DNA of 64,000 bases. It comes from an uncultured delta proteobacterium. Its GTDB lineage: Bacteria; Desulfobacterota; Binatia; Binatales; Binataceae. Under the pieces are notes generated by a model. It was not told the origin of the DNA. It saw only the letters and a list, made by a program, of their open reading frames with translations, and searched no databases. Positions 1 through 9,642 of this stretch are shown here, one piece after another. The position numbers were made by a program, and so were the translations under genes. The stretch is from contig CAVRVY010000002.1 of NCBI GenBank assembly GCA_963724765.1, forward strand, positions 288,001-352,000, given 5' to 3'. Numbering within the stretch: position 1 is the stretch's first letter; each line of letters opens with the position of its first letter.

Positions 1-168
1 TTGCCAAAGCGTTCGCTGAAGCGGGTCCCTATAACTTATAATCCGATAGTGGACTGAATCCGGTCCTTGCGTCTCGACCGGGACTCCGCCGCTTGGAGGC
101 GGGGGGGGGGCCAGGTGCGCCGCAAGCGAATCAGGCGGAGTTGAGACGGCGCAACAACTCGGAGCGCG

Positions 169-1449
169 ATGACCGCACGCGAACATCGCTATGTTCCCAG
201 CTTCGATGGCCTGCGCGCGATCTGCATCACGGCCGTGCTCTTCATTCACATGCCGCCGCCGAGCGGCCATCCGTGGCTCGAGGCGATACGCAGCCGCGGC
301 TGGTACGGCGTGGACATGTTCTTCATCCTGAGCGGATTCCTGATTACCTGGATTCTCGCCGTCGAGGTCGAGACCACCGGCACGGTTGATCTCGGGCGTT
401 TCTATCGCGCGCGAACGTTGCGACTGCTGCCAGCCTACCTCTCGACCATCCTGCTGGTGCTGGCGGGCGCGCATCTGTTTGAAATCGCGCAGGGCAACGA
501 ATCCTACCGGCTCGCAGATCTGTGGCCGCTCTTTCTTTCCTACACGCTCAACATCTGGATGGCGGCGACCGCTATCTGGCCTTGGGGAGTCAGTCATTTC
601 TGGTCGCTGTGCGTGGAGGAGCACTTTTACCTCTCCTGGTCGGCGGTGATGAAACGCTGGGGATTGCGACGCGTTTTGCGGATGTCGCTGATCGCGATTC
701 CGACGGTCGCGGCGTATCGAATCGGATGGTACCTGTGGATGAACCGCGGGCATCTCGCCGCGCCCTCGCGAGCGTCGTTCTTCAGGATCTACTACGCAAC
801 CGATACGCGGATCGACGCGATCCTGGTGGGATGCGCGCTGGCGCTGCTGATGCGCGAGGCGCGTCTGCAGGGGCTGTGGCGCCGGCTGGAGTCCGCCGCC
901 TGGTTTCCCTCGCTCGCGTTACTCGCCACGCTCGGCACTATCGCGTGGTCTACGCAGTATCGATGGCGCACCGAGACGTTCGGTTACACCGTGATGGCGA
1001 TGGTGTCGAGCACGCTGCTGCTCGCGATCTTTCTCCAGCCGCAGTGCAGGATTGCGCGGGTGCTGGCGGCGCGGCCGCTGGTCCATCTCGGACGCATCTC
1101 CTACGGCATCTATCTGTTTCACGCGCCGCTGCTGACGGGATTGGAGGTCAAGCTGCGATTCTCCGCACAATATATCGAACCCGCCCGCTACCTTCCCGTG
1201 CTTGGGCTTCTGGTGCTTGGCTCGGTGGGCGCGGCGGCGTTGCATTATCGCGTCGTTGAGCGGCGGTTTCTTGCGATGCGCGGGCCGCGGACATTTCTTG
1301 CGAATTCGAGCGTGGCTCTTGCGAATTCGAGCGTCGCGCCATCCGTTGCGCACCCGACAAGCGAGTCTCCAGAGAAAATTGGCTCCCTCGCCGGACCCGC
1401 GCGGCGCGGCCCTGCACCCATCCGTGGCCCTGGCGCGGGCGCGATTTGA
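169..1449 (+). CDS. Acyltransferase family 3 (OafA/YrhL-like) membrane O-acyltransferase
   Basis: Motifs DGLRAI, GVDMFFILSGFLIT, FYRARTLRLLP, HFWSLCVEEHFY and LGRISYGIYLFH; many TM segments. Confidence 0.92.
   Translation: MTAREHRYVPSFDGLRAICITAVLFIHMPPPSGHPWLEAIRSRGWYGVDMFFILSGFLITWILAVEVETTGTVDLGRFYRARTLRLLPAYLSTILLVLAGAHLFEIAQGNESYRLADLWPLFLSYTLNIWMAATAIWPWGVSHFWSLCVEEHFYLSWSAVMKRWGLRRVLRMSLIAIPTVAAYRIGWYLWMNRGHLAAPSRASFFRIYYATDTRIDAILVGCALALLMREARLQGLWRRLESAAWFPSLALLATLGTIAWSTQYRWRTETFGYTVMAMVSSTLLLAIFLQPQCRIARVLAARPLVHLGRISYGIYLFHAPLLTGLEVKLRFSAQYIEPARYLPVLGLLVLGSVGAAALHYRVVERRFLAMRGPRTFLANSSVALANSSVAPSVAHPTSESPEKIGSLAGPARRGPAPIRGPGAGAI
1297..1338 (+). repeat. 21-bp in-frame tandem duplication (LANSSVA x2) in the acyltransferase tail
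   Basis: cttgcgaattcgagcgtggct followed by cttgcgaattcgagcgtcgcg. Confidence 0.85.
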
Positions 1450-1798
1450 GGTCGCCTCGGATGCGAGCAGCGGCGGTGTGATCTCGTGCATCGGCAGTTC
1501 GGAATAGATGGGAGAAGATCCTGCGGTTGCAAGTCAGGACTGGAAAGATGGGCCGTTTCCGATTAATAGCCTTGTGAGGCTGGGAGACTTCAATTCCCGC
1601 CGAAAGCAGGCGACGCGATTCGCCACCCTGGACCACGGCGTTACGCCCGCGGGCGTAACGGCTGACAGGAGCGAGGGTTAAAGCTCGCACACCCCGGCAT
1701 CAGTTTCCGGAGGAGCTCGATGAACTGCCCTTGAACCGCGATCGAGGGGCGGTCGCGATGTTCAGGGGGCGCGCACAACGCAAAGCAGGAGAACTGGA

Positions 1799-2965
1799 AT
1801 GGCTAAACGGTTGGGGCTGCTTATCATCGCAATCCTCGCGGCAATCCTCACGGGCATGATGCCGCAGGGCGGTTCTGGCGCGCTCGCCCAGATGCCGCCC
1901 AACGAGCAAGTTACCGTGCTCCAGTTGCCGGATGTGTCACCGCATTGGGTAGCGGCGACGGCGCCGCTGGCGGGCTCGATAATGATCACGCCGATAGTGC
2001 TGATTAACGGCGACACGCGGCAGGTGATCGGAAATCTCACCGGGGGGCTGGCCGCGATGTTCGCGGCGTCGCCCGATCATAAATTTTTCTATACCGCGGA
2101 CACTTTCTATTCACGCGCGGTCCGCGGCGATCGTACCGATGTGGTCACCATCTACGACGCGCACAAGCTCGAGCCGGTCGGTGAAATCCAGGTTCCGACC
2201 AAGCGCCAGCTCGCGATTTCCGACCCGACCTCGATGCAGCCCACGACCGACGGCCGTTTCCTGCTGATGCTCAACCTCACTCCGGCGACCTCGGTCACCG
2301 CGGTTGATCTCCAGAATCGCAAGGTCGCCGGCGAGATTCAGACGCCGGGCTGTTCGGAAGTGCTGATGCTCGGGGCGCGCGAGTTCGCCTCTGTATGCGC
2401 CGACGGCTCGATGCTGACCACGGAGTTCGATGACAACGCCAAGGCGACTTCGCAAAAGCGCACGGCCAAACCGTTCTTCGACGTCGAAAAAGACCCGGTC
2501 TTTCAGCTACCGGCGATGATCGACAAGAAGGCCTACTTCGTCAGCTACCACGGCGTAGTCTATCCGATGGACCTGAGTGCCACTCCGGCGGAGCCGGGAG
2601 ATACGTGGTCGATGCTGAGCGACGCCGAGAAAAAGGATGGATGGCGACCGGGAGGATGGGAACCGGTATCGGGCTACGCGCCGGGACATCTGATGTTCGT
2701 ACTGATGCATCAGGGCGGCGAGTGGACGCATCAGATGGCGGGCCCCGAGGTCTGGGTGTACGACGTCAACGAGCACAAGCGGGTGGCGAAGATTCCGATG
2801 CCGCTGAAGGCCAATGCGATCCACGTCACCCAGGACGACAACCCGCTGCTCTTCGCGCTGGTCACGCAGTCCTCACAGTTGCAGATCTTCTCGGCGCTCA
2901 AGGGCCGGTACATGGGCACGATCAACGAGATCACCCAGAATCCTTACGTCCTGTTCGGGCTGTAA
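1799..2965 (+). CDS. mauB: TTQ amine dehydrogenase large (beta-propeller) subunit, MauB/AauB family
   Basis: Signal peptide; TFYSRAVRGDRTDVVTIYDA, NLTPATSV, TPGC...CADG and WRPGGW motifs; AGGAG RBS. Confidence 0.9.
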   Translation: MAKRLGLLIIAILAAILTGMMPQGGSGALAQMPPNEQVTVLQLPDVSPHWVAATAPLAGSIMITPIVLINGDTRQVIGNLTGGLAAMFAASPDHKFFYTADTFYSRAVRGDRTDVVTIYDAHKLEPVGEIQVPTKRQLAISDPTSMQPTTDGRFLLMLNLTPATSVTAVDLQNRKVAGEIQTPGCSEVLMLGAREFASVCADGSMLTTEFDDNAKATSQKRTAKPFFDVEKDPVFQLPAMIDKKAYFVSYHGVVYPMDLSATPAEPGDTWSMLSDAEKKDGWRPGGWEPVSGYAPGHLMFVLMHQGGEWTHQMAGPEVWVYDVNEHKRVAKIPMPLKANAIHVTQDDNPLLFALVTQSSQLQIFSALKGRYMGTINEITQNPYVLFGL

Positions 2966-3119
2966 GGTGCGATAATAGGCGACCGCGGGCCCGCGGGGCC
3001 GCGTGGCGGAGCAACTGGCATCGCGGGGCGGGCGATGCTACTGGAAACGCTGGCAGGAGCGCAGCGGGAACCGGCCTTGGGGATTCCGGGCGCGCGCCTG
3101 GCGAAACAGGAGACGGCGA

Positions 3120-3641
3120 ATGGACGCACTGGTGGAACGTCTTTCACGAACGGTGGCGCAGCGGACCTCGCGGCGCGGCTTTCTGGGCTACCTGGGCAAG
3201 GCGCTGGTGGGCGGGATGATGATTCCGCTGCTGCCGATCAACCGGGTGGTGGAACAGGCGCAGGCGCAGATGAGCGAGGGGCCCACGGCGGAGGGCGAGG
3301 GCGGCGATATCACGAGTTGCGACTACTGGCGCTACTGCGGCTTCGACGGCTATCTGTGCAGCTGCTGTGGAGGCGCGCTGACCTCGTGCCCGCCGGGGAC
3401 GGTGGCGTCGCCGACCTCGTGGGTGGGGACGTGCCAGCATCCAACCGACGGCAAGGAATACATCATCGCGTACCGCGACTGCTGCGGTAAGGACGTATGC
3501 AACCGCTGCTTCTGCGACAATAACAAGGGGCAGGTGCCGATTTACCGGCCGCAGTTGGATAACGACATCATCTGGTGTTTCGGGGCGAAGAATTTCGCCT
3601 ATCACTGCACCACGGCGATCCGGCTGGGGGTCAAAACCTGA
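3120..3641 (+). CDS. mauA: TTQ amine dehydrogenase small subunit (MauA/AauA family), Tat-exported
   Basis: SRRGFL twin-arginine signal; CDYWRYC..DG..C.CCGG, SWVGTC and NDIIWCFG (the two TTQ tryptophans), YRDCCG; start chosen at ATG 3120 after AGGAG. Confidence 0.93.
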   Translation: MDALVERLSRTVAQRTSRRGFLGYLGKALVGGMMIPLLPINRVVEQAQAQMSEGPTAEGEGGDITSCDYWRYCGFDGYLCSCCGGALTSCPPGTVASPTSWVGTCQHPTDGKEYIIAYRDCCGKDVCNRCFCDNNKGQVPIYRPQLDNDIIWCFGAKNFAYHCTTAIRLGVKT

Positions 3642-4004
3642 CCGAAGCTTGGCTCACTTTCGCGCGTCCTCCTAGCGTTGGTTTTCATTCGCTTCGCGCC
3701 GCGTAATCGCAGCACGCCAGCGCGGTTCACATAATATTTCAAGCGTCCGTTAGGAACCCGCGCGGGTGCCTGCCTTACCCGCCGGCGCTTGGCGCACCCT
3801 TCGGAATCTTCCGTGTTCGTCGCGGAGCCACCAGTATAGCGCTGGATGGTGCGGATGGAGACAAAGGTTCCTGGTCCCTTCGGAGTCAAAAGGGGGGGAG
3901 GCTTTTATTAGATATCCTCATTTCAAATGTCAACCCTGCTGAATTAATGGAATGTCTTATGCGTTCCTTTTAGGCGAATCGGATGCTCTATGAGGAGGCA
4001 TGTC

Positions 4005-4342
4005 ATGAAGAAGCTAGCCATGCAATTTTCTCGCTTTGCTTCTTTGGATGCAGCGCAGGGTCTCAGCAGACAGCGTTTGAGTCGCCGGTCGCGGCACCGA
4101 GCTTCGCGGCACCGGCGACGCAGGTTGACACGATTTGCCAGGGTGCCACGAATTGTTGGAAGCAGGTCTTGCAAGGTCAAAAAGAGGCATTAGCGGCCGC
4201 GAATGATGCCTATCCACCGGGCGAAAAACGTGAGCATCGCCGGGACGCAATTCGGAGTGATACGTTGCAGGAGTTGCGGAACTGCGGAGGTAAAGCCGAG
4301 CACGATTTCGACCAACTTGAGATGCTTTTGATCACTAAATAG
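4005..4342 (+). pseudogene. Small putative lipoprotein with a 1-bp frameshift near 4020
   Basis: GAGGAGG RBS then MKKLA; a shift of frame continues AIFSLCFFGC (lipobox-like) into the 3983..4342 ORF. Confidence 0.5.
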
Positions 4343-4562
4343 CGGCGTCGGCCGCGTGAAGGAACGTCCTCTCAACCGGCGCGCCTCGGCATTCGACCAA
4401 AGTTGCTGAGACGGGCGGCGTGCCACGAGCCGGCGGGCGCGGCACCCACGCACCGTCTTCCAGCCGTCTGCGCGTATCGGGAAAAACAACGGGAGCCGCG
4501 CATCGCGCGGCTTTCGCTGTCTTTTCTGGCTGGTTCCGATACGCGGCAAACGCGGCGCGCCT

Positions 4563-5280
4563 TCAGGCGCGGCCGTTGCGCAGCAATCGCCCTGGCGTCG
4601 CGCCCGTGGCGCGGCCGTCGGCGAAGGTCATCTCGCCGTTGACGACGATCGCGCGATACCCCTTGCGCGCTGCACGCGGCGCCATTCGCCGCCCGGAAAA
4701 TCGTGCGCGATCTCGCCCACCCACTCGGGCTCGATCGCCAGTTCCTTGAGGTCGTAGACGACCACGTCAGCCGCCGCGCCCTCGCGCAGCACGCCGCGGC
4801 CGCGGAAGCCCGCGGCGTGCGCGGGAAGCGCGGAGAGCCGGTAATGCGCCTCTTCCAGCGTGACCTTCTGTTCGTCGCGGACCAGCCAAGACAGGAAGTC
4901 GGTGGTGAAGGCGCCGCCGCAGAAAAACTTGGTATGCGCGCCGCCGTCGGAGACGCCCGGGATGGTGTAGGGCGAGTCGTTGGTCATCTCGGTCATGAAC
5001 TCGGCGTTGAAGCCCTTGTTGGGGCCGAGGAATTCGACCTTGAGATCGCCGGCGATCGAAAGATCGAGCATCACGTCAATCGGATGGCGGTTGTCTTCGG
5101 CGCCGATCTGACCGAGCGACTTCCCGACGTACTTTTCCAGTTCCGGCCGGTCGTTGACCCATTGCACTATCAAGGTGTGAACCGCGCCGCCGACTCCGGC
5201 CTGGATCGCGCGGAGCTTGCGATCGGCAGCGTCGGTCTCGCGCTTGACCGCCTCGCGCAGCGCCGGGTCCTTCATCTTGG
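4563..5280 (-). pseudogene. C-terminal fragment of an N-acyl-D-amino-acid deacylase-family amidohydrolase (5'-truncated, frameshift near 4667)
   Basis: SDGGAH, LEEAHYRLS..PA, RGVLREGAAADVVVYD and DFPGGEWRRVQRA; the conserved KGYRAIVVNGE..GATPGRLLR tail lies in another frame; the N-terminal half is absent. Confidence 0.85.
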
Positions 5281-5308
5281 CGAGCCAGCATCGGCGCCGG
5301 CGCGAGCC

Positions 5309-5346
5309 AAAGGAAAAGGATCCGCGCGCGGGATGCGCGCGGATCC
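5309..5346 (-). terminator. Intrinsic terminator of the porin-cytochrome operon
   Basis: 12-bp stem ggatccgcgcgc/gcgcgcggatcc followed by ttttccttt on the minus strand. Confidence 0.75.
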
Positions 5347-5386
5347 ACCCTCGCCGATCAGACTAGACGCGCGCCTGCCGGTGCGA

Positions 5387-5435
5387 CGCGCCGTGCAAGG
5401 CGCGCCGTGCAAGGCGCGCCGTGCAGGACGCGCCG
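5387..5435. repeat. 14-bp tandem repeat (cgcgccgtgcaagg, about 3.5 copies)
   Basis: Units begin at 5387, 5401, 5415 (variant) and 5429 (partial). Confidence 0.8.
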
Positions 5436-5442
5436 CGCGGCG

Positions 5443-5961
5443 CTACTCGTTCGCGGTCTTGGTTCCCGGACGAGCGAGCGGAACGATCTGCGCGATATCG
5501 CACTGGATCATTGCGCTCAGCTTGTTATCGATCTGGTAAAACCGGGTGGTGTTAATCGAGGAAACCGCGGCGCGGAACTTGGGCACGAACTCCTTTTGCA
5601 CGTCGAGACGCGCCTGCTTGATCGCGATCACCTCGTCGAGCTTGCTCGTCGCGTCCGCGTCTGTGAGGGTCTGGTAGTGCTCGGCGTAAGCCTTGACCTC
5701 GGCGGCATGGCGGTCGTCGAGCTTATCCATCCTGGCTTCGTAGGCGTCGTAGAGCGGCCAGAATGCTTTGGCCTGCGCCTCGGTCAGATTCATATTCGCA
5801 CCGACGATTGCTTTACGGTCCGCGCGCGCGGCCGCGATGTCGAGTTGGCGTTGCGTCTTGCGTGGGCTCGAGCTGGTTTGAGCCGCGGCAGAGTGAACCA
5901 CGCCGAGCGTGCAGAAGATCGCGACTGCCGCGCCGGCCGCGAGATATTTGATAACGTGCAT
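5443..5961 (-). CDS. Secreted all-helical hypothetical protein (Spy/CpxP-like)
   Basis: Signal peptide ending AAA-Q; conserved-looking NMNLTEAQAKAFWPLYDAYE motif; GGAGG RBS. Confidence 0.7.
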   Translation of the reverse strand: MHVIKYLAAGAAVAIFCTLGVVHSAAAQTSSSPRKTQRQLDIAAARADRKAIVGANMNLTEAQAKAFWPLYDAYEARMDKLDDRHAAEVKAYAEHYQTLTDADATSKLDEVIAIKQARLDVQKEFVPKFRAAVSSINTTRFYQIDNKLSAMIQCDIAQIVPLARPGTKTANE

Positions 5962-6124
5962 CAGAAATTTCCTCCCTCGAAGCGGCCTGCCGCTGGCTTC
6001 GGCAAAAATCGGCACAAGCCGTCTGGGAGAAGCTATCCGAAGCGCCGACGGTGCTCAAGCGCGCGCCGAAGGCGGGGCGCTTATGAAGTGGAGTTCCGGC
6101 CGGTCGCCGCGGAAGCGGCGGCGG

Positions 6125-6484
6125 CTATTTCTTTTTGCAAAAGGTATGGACGAAAGCGACCAGGTCGTGAATTTCCGGGTCGGAGAGCCCGTCGCTCCAA
6201 CTCGGCATGTCACCCGGCAGGCCGGCCGCGGCGCCGCCGCCCTTGATCACTTTGAACATCGTATCGTCCGAGATTTTCTGCATCGCAGCGCAGTCGCTAT
6301 AGTCCTGCGGCTTGGTGGCCAGTGATCCTGCGGAAGGTCCGTCGCCGCGTCCGTCGACTCCGTGGCATTTCGCGCAGTAGGCGGTGTAATTGGCCTGAGC
6401 ACTGTCGGCCCGCGCCGGCGCCCTGGTCAGCGCAACAATCGCCGCAACGCCCATCAAGGTAATCAGGATCTTCGTTCGCCGCAT
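6125..6484 (-). CDS. Periplasmic monoheme cytochrome c
   Basis: Signal peptide; CAKCH heme motif, GRGDGP and MPSW (distal Met). Confidence 0.92.
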   Translation of the reverse strand: MRRTKILITLMGVAAIVALTRAPARADSAQANYTAYCAKCHGVDGRGDGPSAGSLATKPQDYSDCAAMQKISDDTMFKVIKGGGAAAGLPGDMPSWSDGLSDPEIHDLVAFVHTFCKKK

Positions 6485-6520
6485 ACTGTTCCTTTCGTTG
6501 CAATTGAGCGGTTGAGCCCG

Positions 6521-6802
6521 TCAGTGCGAACGCTTGAGGTATTCGGTAAGCGCCCGCGCATCCTGGGCCGGGAGGTTTGCCTGGGTCCGCATATGCATCA
6601 TGATGACGTCCCACTGAGCCGGTGAGAACTCCGAGCCGGGGCGGGCGTTATGGCATTGTGAGCAGTACACGGGCCATAGACGCGCGCCGTCCAGAAACAA
6701 CTTTTGCTTTTCGGCTTTGCTTTCTTCGGCCAGGGCGGCGACCGAGATCGTCAGTCCAACGATTGCGAGCGCGAGAATTTTCACAAGATAGGTTCTTTTC
6801 AT
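6521..6802 (-). CDS. Small periplasmic monoheme cytochrome c
   Basis: Signal peptide; CSQCH followed by W...MMHMR. Confidence 0.88.
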   Translation of the reverse strand: MKRTYLVKILALAIVGLTISVAALAEESKAEKQKLFLDGARLWPVYCSQCHNARPGSEFSPAQWDVIMMHMRTQANLPAQDARALTEYLKRSH

Positions 6803-6815
6803 GGCGCTCGTTCCT

Positions 6816-8348
6816 CTAGAAGCCGACCGCGAATTGGGTCAGGATCGCGTGGTCGTTAGGCGTCGCGCCGACGCTGCCCACGGTCGGTGTGCTCGCGCCG
6901 TTGAAGGTGTAGGAAGTGCCACCCGCGCGCGGCAATTCGAGGTCGAATTCCGTCTGCCACACGATCGATGGCGCGATCCAATAATCCAGGCCAAGCGCGA
7001 CCTCGCGCGCGTGCGGCGCGTAGATCGACGGCGAGCCGCTGAAGCCGAAGCTGGGACTGGTCGCAATCTCGTCGGTGACCACGGCGCGCTGGTTGACTCC
7101 TGAGTAGCGCACCAGCGGCTCGATTTTGGCCAGGTACTGGTCGAATTCGCTGAGGCCGGGAAGGTGCAGACCGGTGAGAAAATAGCCGGCCTGGAAATAC
7201 CATCCCTGCCGATTGTCGGGGCCGGATCCGGCCGGCATCTGCCGATAGGCGGAAAGCCACTCGCCGCGCGTCTGCAGGTTGCCGCGCAGGTATGCGAAGT
7301 CAACGCCCCAGGTATATAGCCAGAGGCCGTTCTGCCATTTCCCGTCGTAGGTCGAAGCGCCCAGCTCCAACCGTCCCAGGTTGCTGTCGAGCGGAAATGG
7401 ATAAATGCGGAACCGCCCTCCGTATGCCTTGCCGTTGGTGTTGATGTCGATATTGGTCGAGCCGTTGAGCTCCTGACCGACGACCGGCTGCGGCAACGAG
7501 GAATCATAGCTCGGCCCGTTGGCTACCCAGACCGTGTAGTCAGCGTCCTGTCCAAGTTGTCCCCACTGATACGCGCCCCGCAACTGCATCCCGATATCGG
7601 ACGGCGGCACCAGCGCCGCCGGTCCATAGGGTAACGGCGCGGTGATGAAGCGGTTGACCCAGAACGGTCCTTGGGTTTCGTAGAAATCGCCGAAAGGCTG
7701 GTCGAAGATGCCCAGCACGGCCTCCATGTAGTCATTGAGAAATATCTGCGCGGTGACGACCGGGGCGTCGAATGAGGCGCCGGAGCCCGGTTCGTACCCG
7801 GCTTCAAAGGTGCCCTCGAACGCCAGCCAATCGTTGAGGCGGAAGAGCATGATCGGTTCGAAGTCGAGCGTGAAGGTGTTCTGGCCCAACTTGTGATCAT
7901 AGATGTAGTCGACGGAGGCGCCGCCCGCGATCGTGAATTGATGCGAGCCCCAGTAGCCGCCGAGCAACCTGGAGATTTGGGGTTCTGTCGGCCCGGCTGC
8001 CACCTGGGCCTGGATTTCCTTCAACTCCTGGTCAGTTTTGGTCTGCAACTGCTGATTGCTGCTCTGGAGCTGTTGGGTGGTGTTTTGGAGTTGCTGGTTG
8101 GTCGTGCGGACCTGGCTGTCCTGGGACTGCACCTGGTCGAGTTGTTGCTCGAGCTTTTCGATCAGCCGACGGTCGCGGGCGCGGTCCGCGCGCAATTGGC
8201 GCAGTTCCCGTTCGACCTGCTTGAGCGCTTTGGCTTGCGCGTCAGCGTCATCCGCCAGCGCCCTGGGCGCAGACGCAAAGGTAACCGTCGCGAAGACCAC
8301 CACCGTCGAGGCGATCAACGCCAGGAACCCAGCCTTTGTAGAGCCCAT
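6816..8348 (-). CDS. Outer-membrane beta-barrel porin with N-terminal Gln-rich coiled coil
   Basis: Signal peptide (start MGSTKAG after GGGGGAG); heptad Q-rich segment; alternating aromatic strands; C-terminal ..QFAVGF; no CxxCH. Confidence 0.8.
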   Translation of the reverse strand: MGSTKAGFLALIASTVVVFATVTFASAPRALADDADAQAKALKQVERELRQLRADRARDRRLIEKLEQQLDQVQSQDSQVRTTNQQLQNTTQQLQSSNQQLQTKTDQELKEIQAQVAAGPTEPQISRLLGGYWGSHQFTIAGGASVDYIYDHKLGQNTFTLDFEPIMLFRLNDWLAFEGTFEAGYEPGSGASFDAPVVTAQIFLNDYMEAVLGIFDQPFGDFYETQGPFWVNRFITAPLPYGPAALVPPSDIGMQLRGAYQWGQLGQDADYTVWVANGPSYDSSLPQPVVGQELNGSTNIDINTNGKAYGGRFRIYPFPLDSNLGRLELGASTYDGKWQNGLWLYTWGVDFAYLRGNLQTRGEWLSAYRQMPAGSGPDNRQGWYFQAGYFLTGLHLPGLSEFDQYLAKIEPLVRYSGVNQRAVVTDEIATSPSFGFSGSPSIYAPHAREVALGLDYWIAPSIVWQTEFDLELPRAGGTSYTFNGASTPTVGSVGATPNDHAILTQFAVGF

Positions 8349-8407
8349 GAGTACTCCCCCTCGTGCGATACGGCCGTAACGGAAAAGTCGTGGCGCAGCC
8401 GAATGGA

Positions 8408-8421
8408 GCAATGAGCATGCC
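8408..8421 (-). promoter_or_regulatory. Putative sigma54 (-24/-12) promoter of the porin-cytochrome operon
   Basis: Minus strand reads GGCATGctcaTTGC (GG-N10-GC), about 60 bp upstream of the porin start. Confidence 0.55.
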
Positions 8422-8686
8422 CGATGATGCTGCGCGCCCGGCTCGCCCATGCGGTGTTTTCGTTGGCACCGCAAATCTACGTTTGAGAGGCATCGATGTG
8501 GAACCGGCTGAAGATTAAGAGCGTAAAAATCGTTCCGCAAAGAACCAAACTGAACTCCGTCAACTCTCACGGGTCCTTGGTCCGTGCCGTCGGCGCCAAC
8601 TATGTGTATCCATCGGCGCCATCAAGGGCCGCGCCAAGGCTCATCGATGAGGCGTTTCGAGGCAGGGCGACGAGCGCCATCCACGC

Positions 8687-8701
8687 TGGTTTGACTCTTG
8701 C
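8687..8701 (+). promoter_or_regulatory. Possible sigma54 promoter of the usp gene
   Basis: TGGtttgactcTTGC: correct GG-N10-GC spacing but a weak -24 element. Confidence 0.35.
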
Positions 8702-8726
8702 GCTAAACTTGGAGTCGAGGCGGAAC

Positions 8727-9188
8727 ATGAAACTGTTCGACAAAATTTTATGCGCGGTGGACTTTGACGAATCCTCGGCTGTGGTGCTGCACTTCGCGCT
8801 TGAAATCGCTCACCAGAACGGAGCGACGCTTTGCGTGTTGCACGTCGCGCCGCTACCGCTCAGCGCCACCGAGTTCGCACCGATTCCGATGGACCCCTAC
8901 CCGGTGTGGGAGAAAACCGCACGGGCCGAGCTGGAGAAGCTGGCGGCGGCGCATCTCGAAGGCCGCGGTGTTGCTTACAAGATCGAAACGCGCAGCGGCG
9001 AGGCCGCCGACGGCATCCTTGGCCAGAGCCAGGAAATGGACGCGGACCTGATCGTGCTGGCAACGCATGGGCGCAAAGGAGTGAGCCGTTTTCTCCTCGG
9101 CAGCGTGGCCGAACGAGTGATCCGACAGTCGCCGCGGCCGGTGTTGGTGGTCAGACCGAAGGAGGCCGCGCCGCCGGCGCATTACTAA
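8727..9188 (+). CDS. Universal stress protein
   Basis: KILCAVDF; ADLIVLATHGRKGVSRFLLGSVAERVIR. Confidence 0.95.
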   Translation: MKLFDKILCAVDFDESSAVVLHFALEIAHQNGATLCVLHVAPLPLSATEFAPIPMDPYPVWEKTARAELEKLAAAHLEGRGVAYKIETRSGEAADGILGQSQEMDADLIVLATHGRKGVSRFLLGSVAERVIRQSPRPVLVVRPKEAAPPAHY

Positions 9189-9570
9189 GTCGCGCTCGGC
9201 GTCACTGAAGCTGAGCGTAGAAGCGGAGCGTCCATGAGGGGCTGGTTTGTCCGATGCTCTTTAGAGTGGCGCACGCGCCTGCGCGACCGAGGCGTGCGTC
9301 AGCCATCGTTTGACGCGCATCGGCCTGGCCGCTCCCCGCGATATTGCTGTTGCTTTGGTCCAATTCTGATGCGTGGCAATTTGACTGTCAGAGACGAAGC
9401 GCCCGCAAGTGGGACAATCTCCCGCCAGCTCCTGTATTTCGCCCCGCAGATCGTTTCTTTCGCTACACCGTCGCAGGTCTGTATCCATCGGAGACAGTAG
9501 CTTCTAGTTTGGGCTGCCGGGCACGCCGCTGGAACCGTGCCCTTGGTTCGCGATGCGTTGCGGTCTCGCT

Positions 9571-9585
9571 TGGCACGGCTATAGC
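9571..9585 (+). promoter_or_regulatory. Putative sigma54 promoter of the USP-CBS / AAA operon
   Basis: TGGCACGgctaTAGC: perfect -24 box with GG-N10-GC spacing, about 60 bp before ATG 9643. Confidence 0.65.
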
Positions 9586-9642
9586 TATGAATATATCGAT
9601 GCGTGTCGGCCAGTGTCGGCGAGCATCCAGGAGGCAATTCAA

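Noticed and set aside
1768-1781. GG-N10-GC motif upstream of mauB
   Set aside because: The implied start site would fall at or after the RBS, and the -12 box lacks TT.
2966-3119. Possible mauE/mauD remnant between the subunits
   Set aside because: No convincing TM or thioredoxin motifs in any frame.
3645-3935. Minus-strand TTGACA-17-TAATAA promoter and a possible antisense ncRNA
   Set aside because: Poor -10 box, and no recognisable RNA family or credible ORF downstream.
5387-5435. CRISPR-like repeat
   Set aside because: 14-bp tandem units without spacers; no cas genes.
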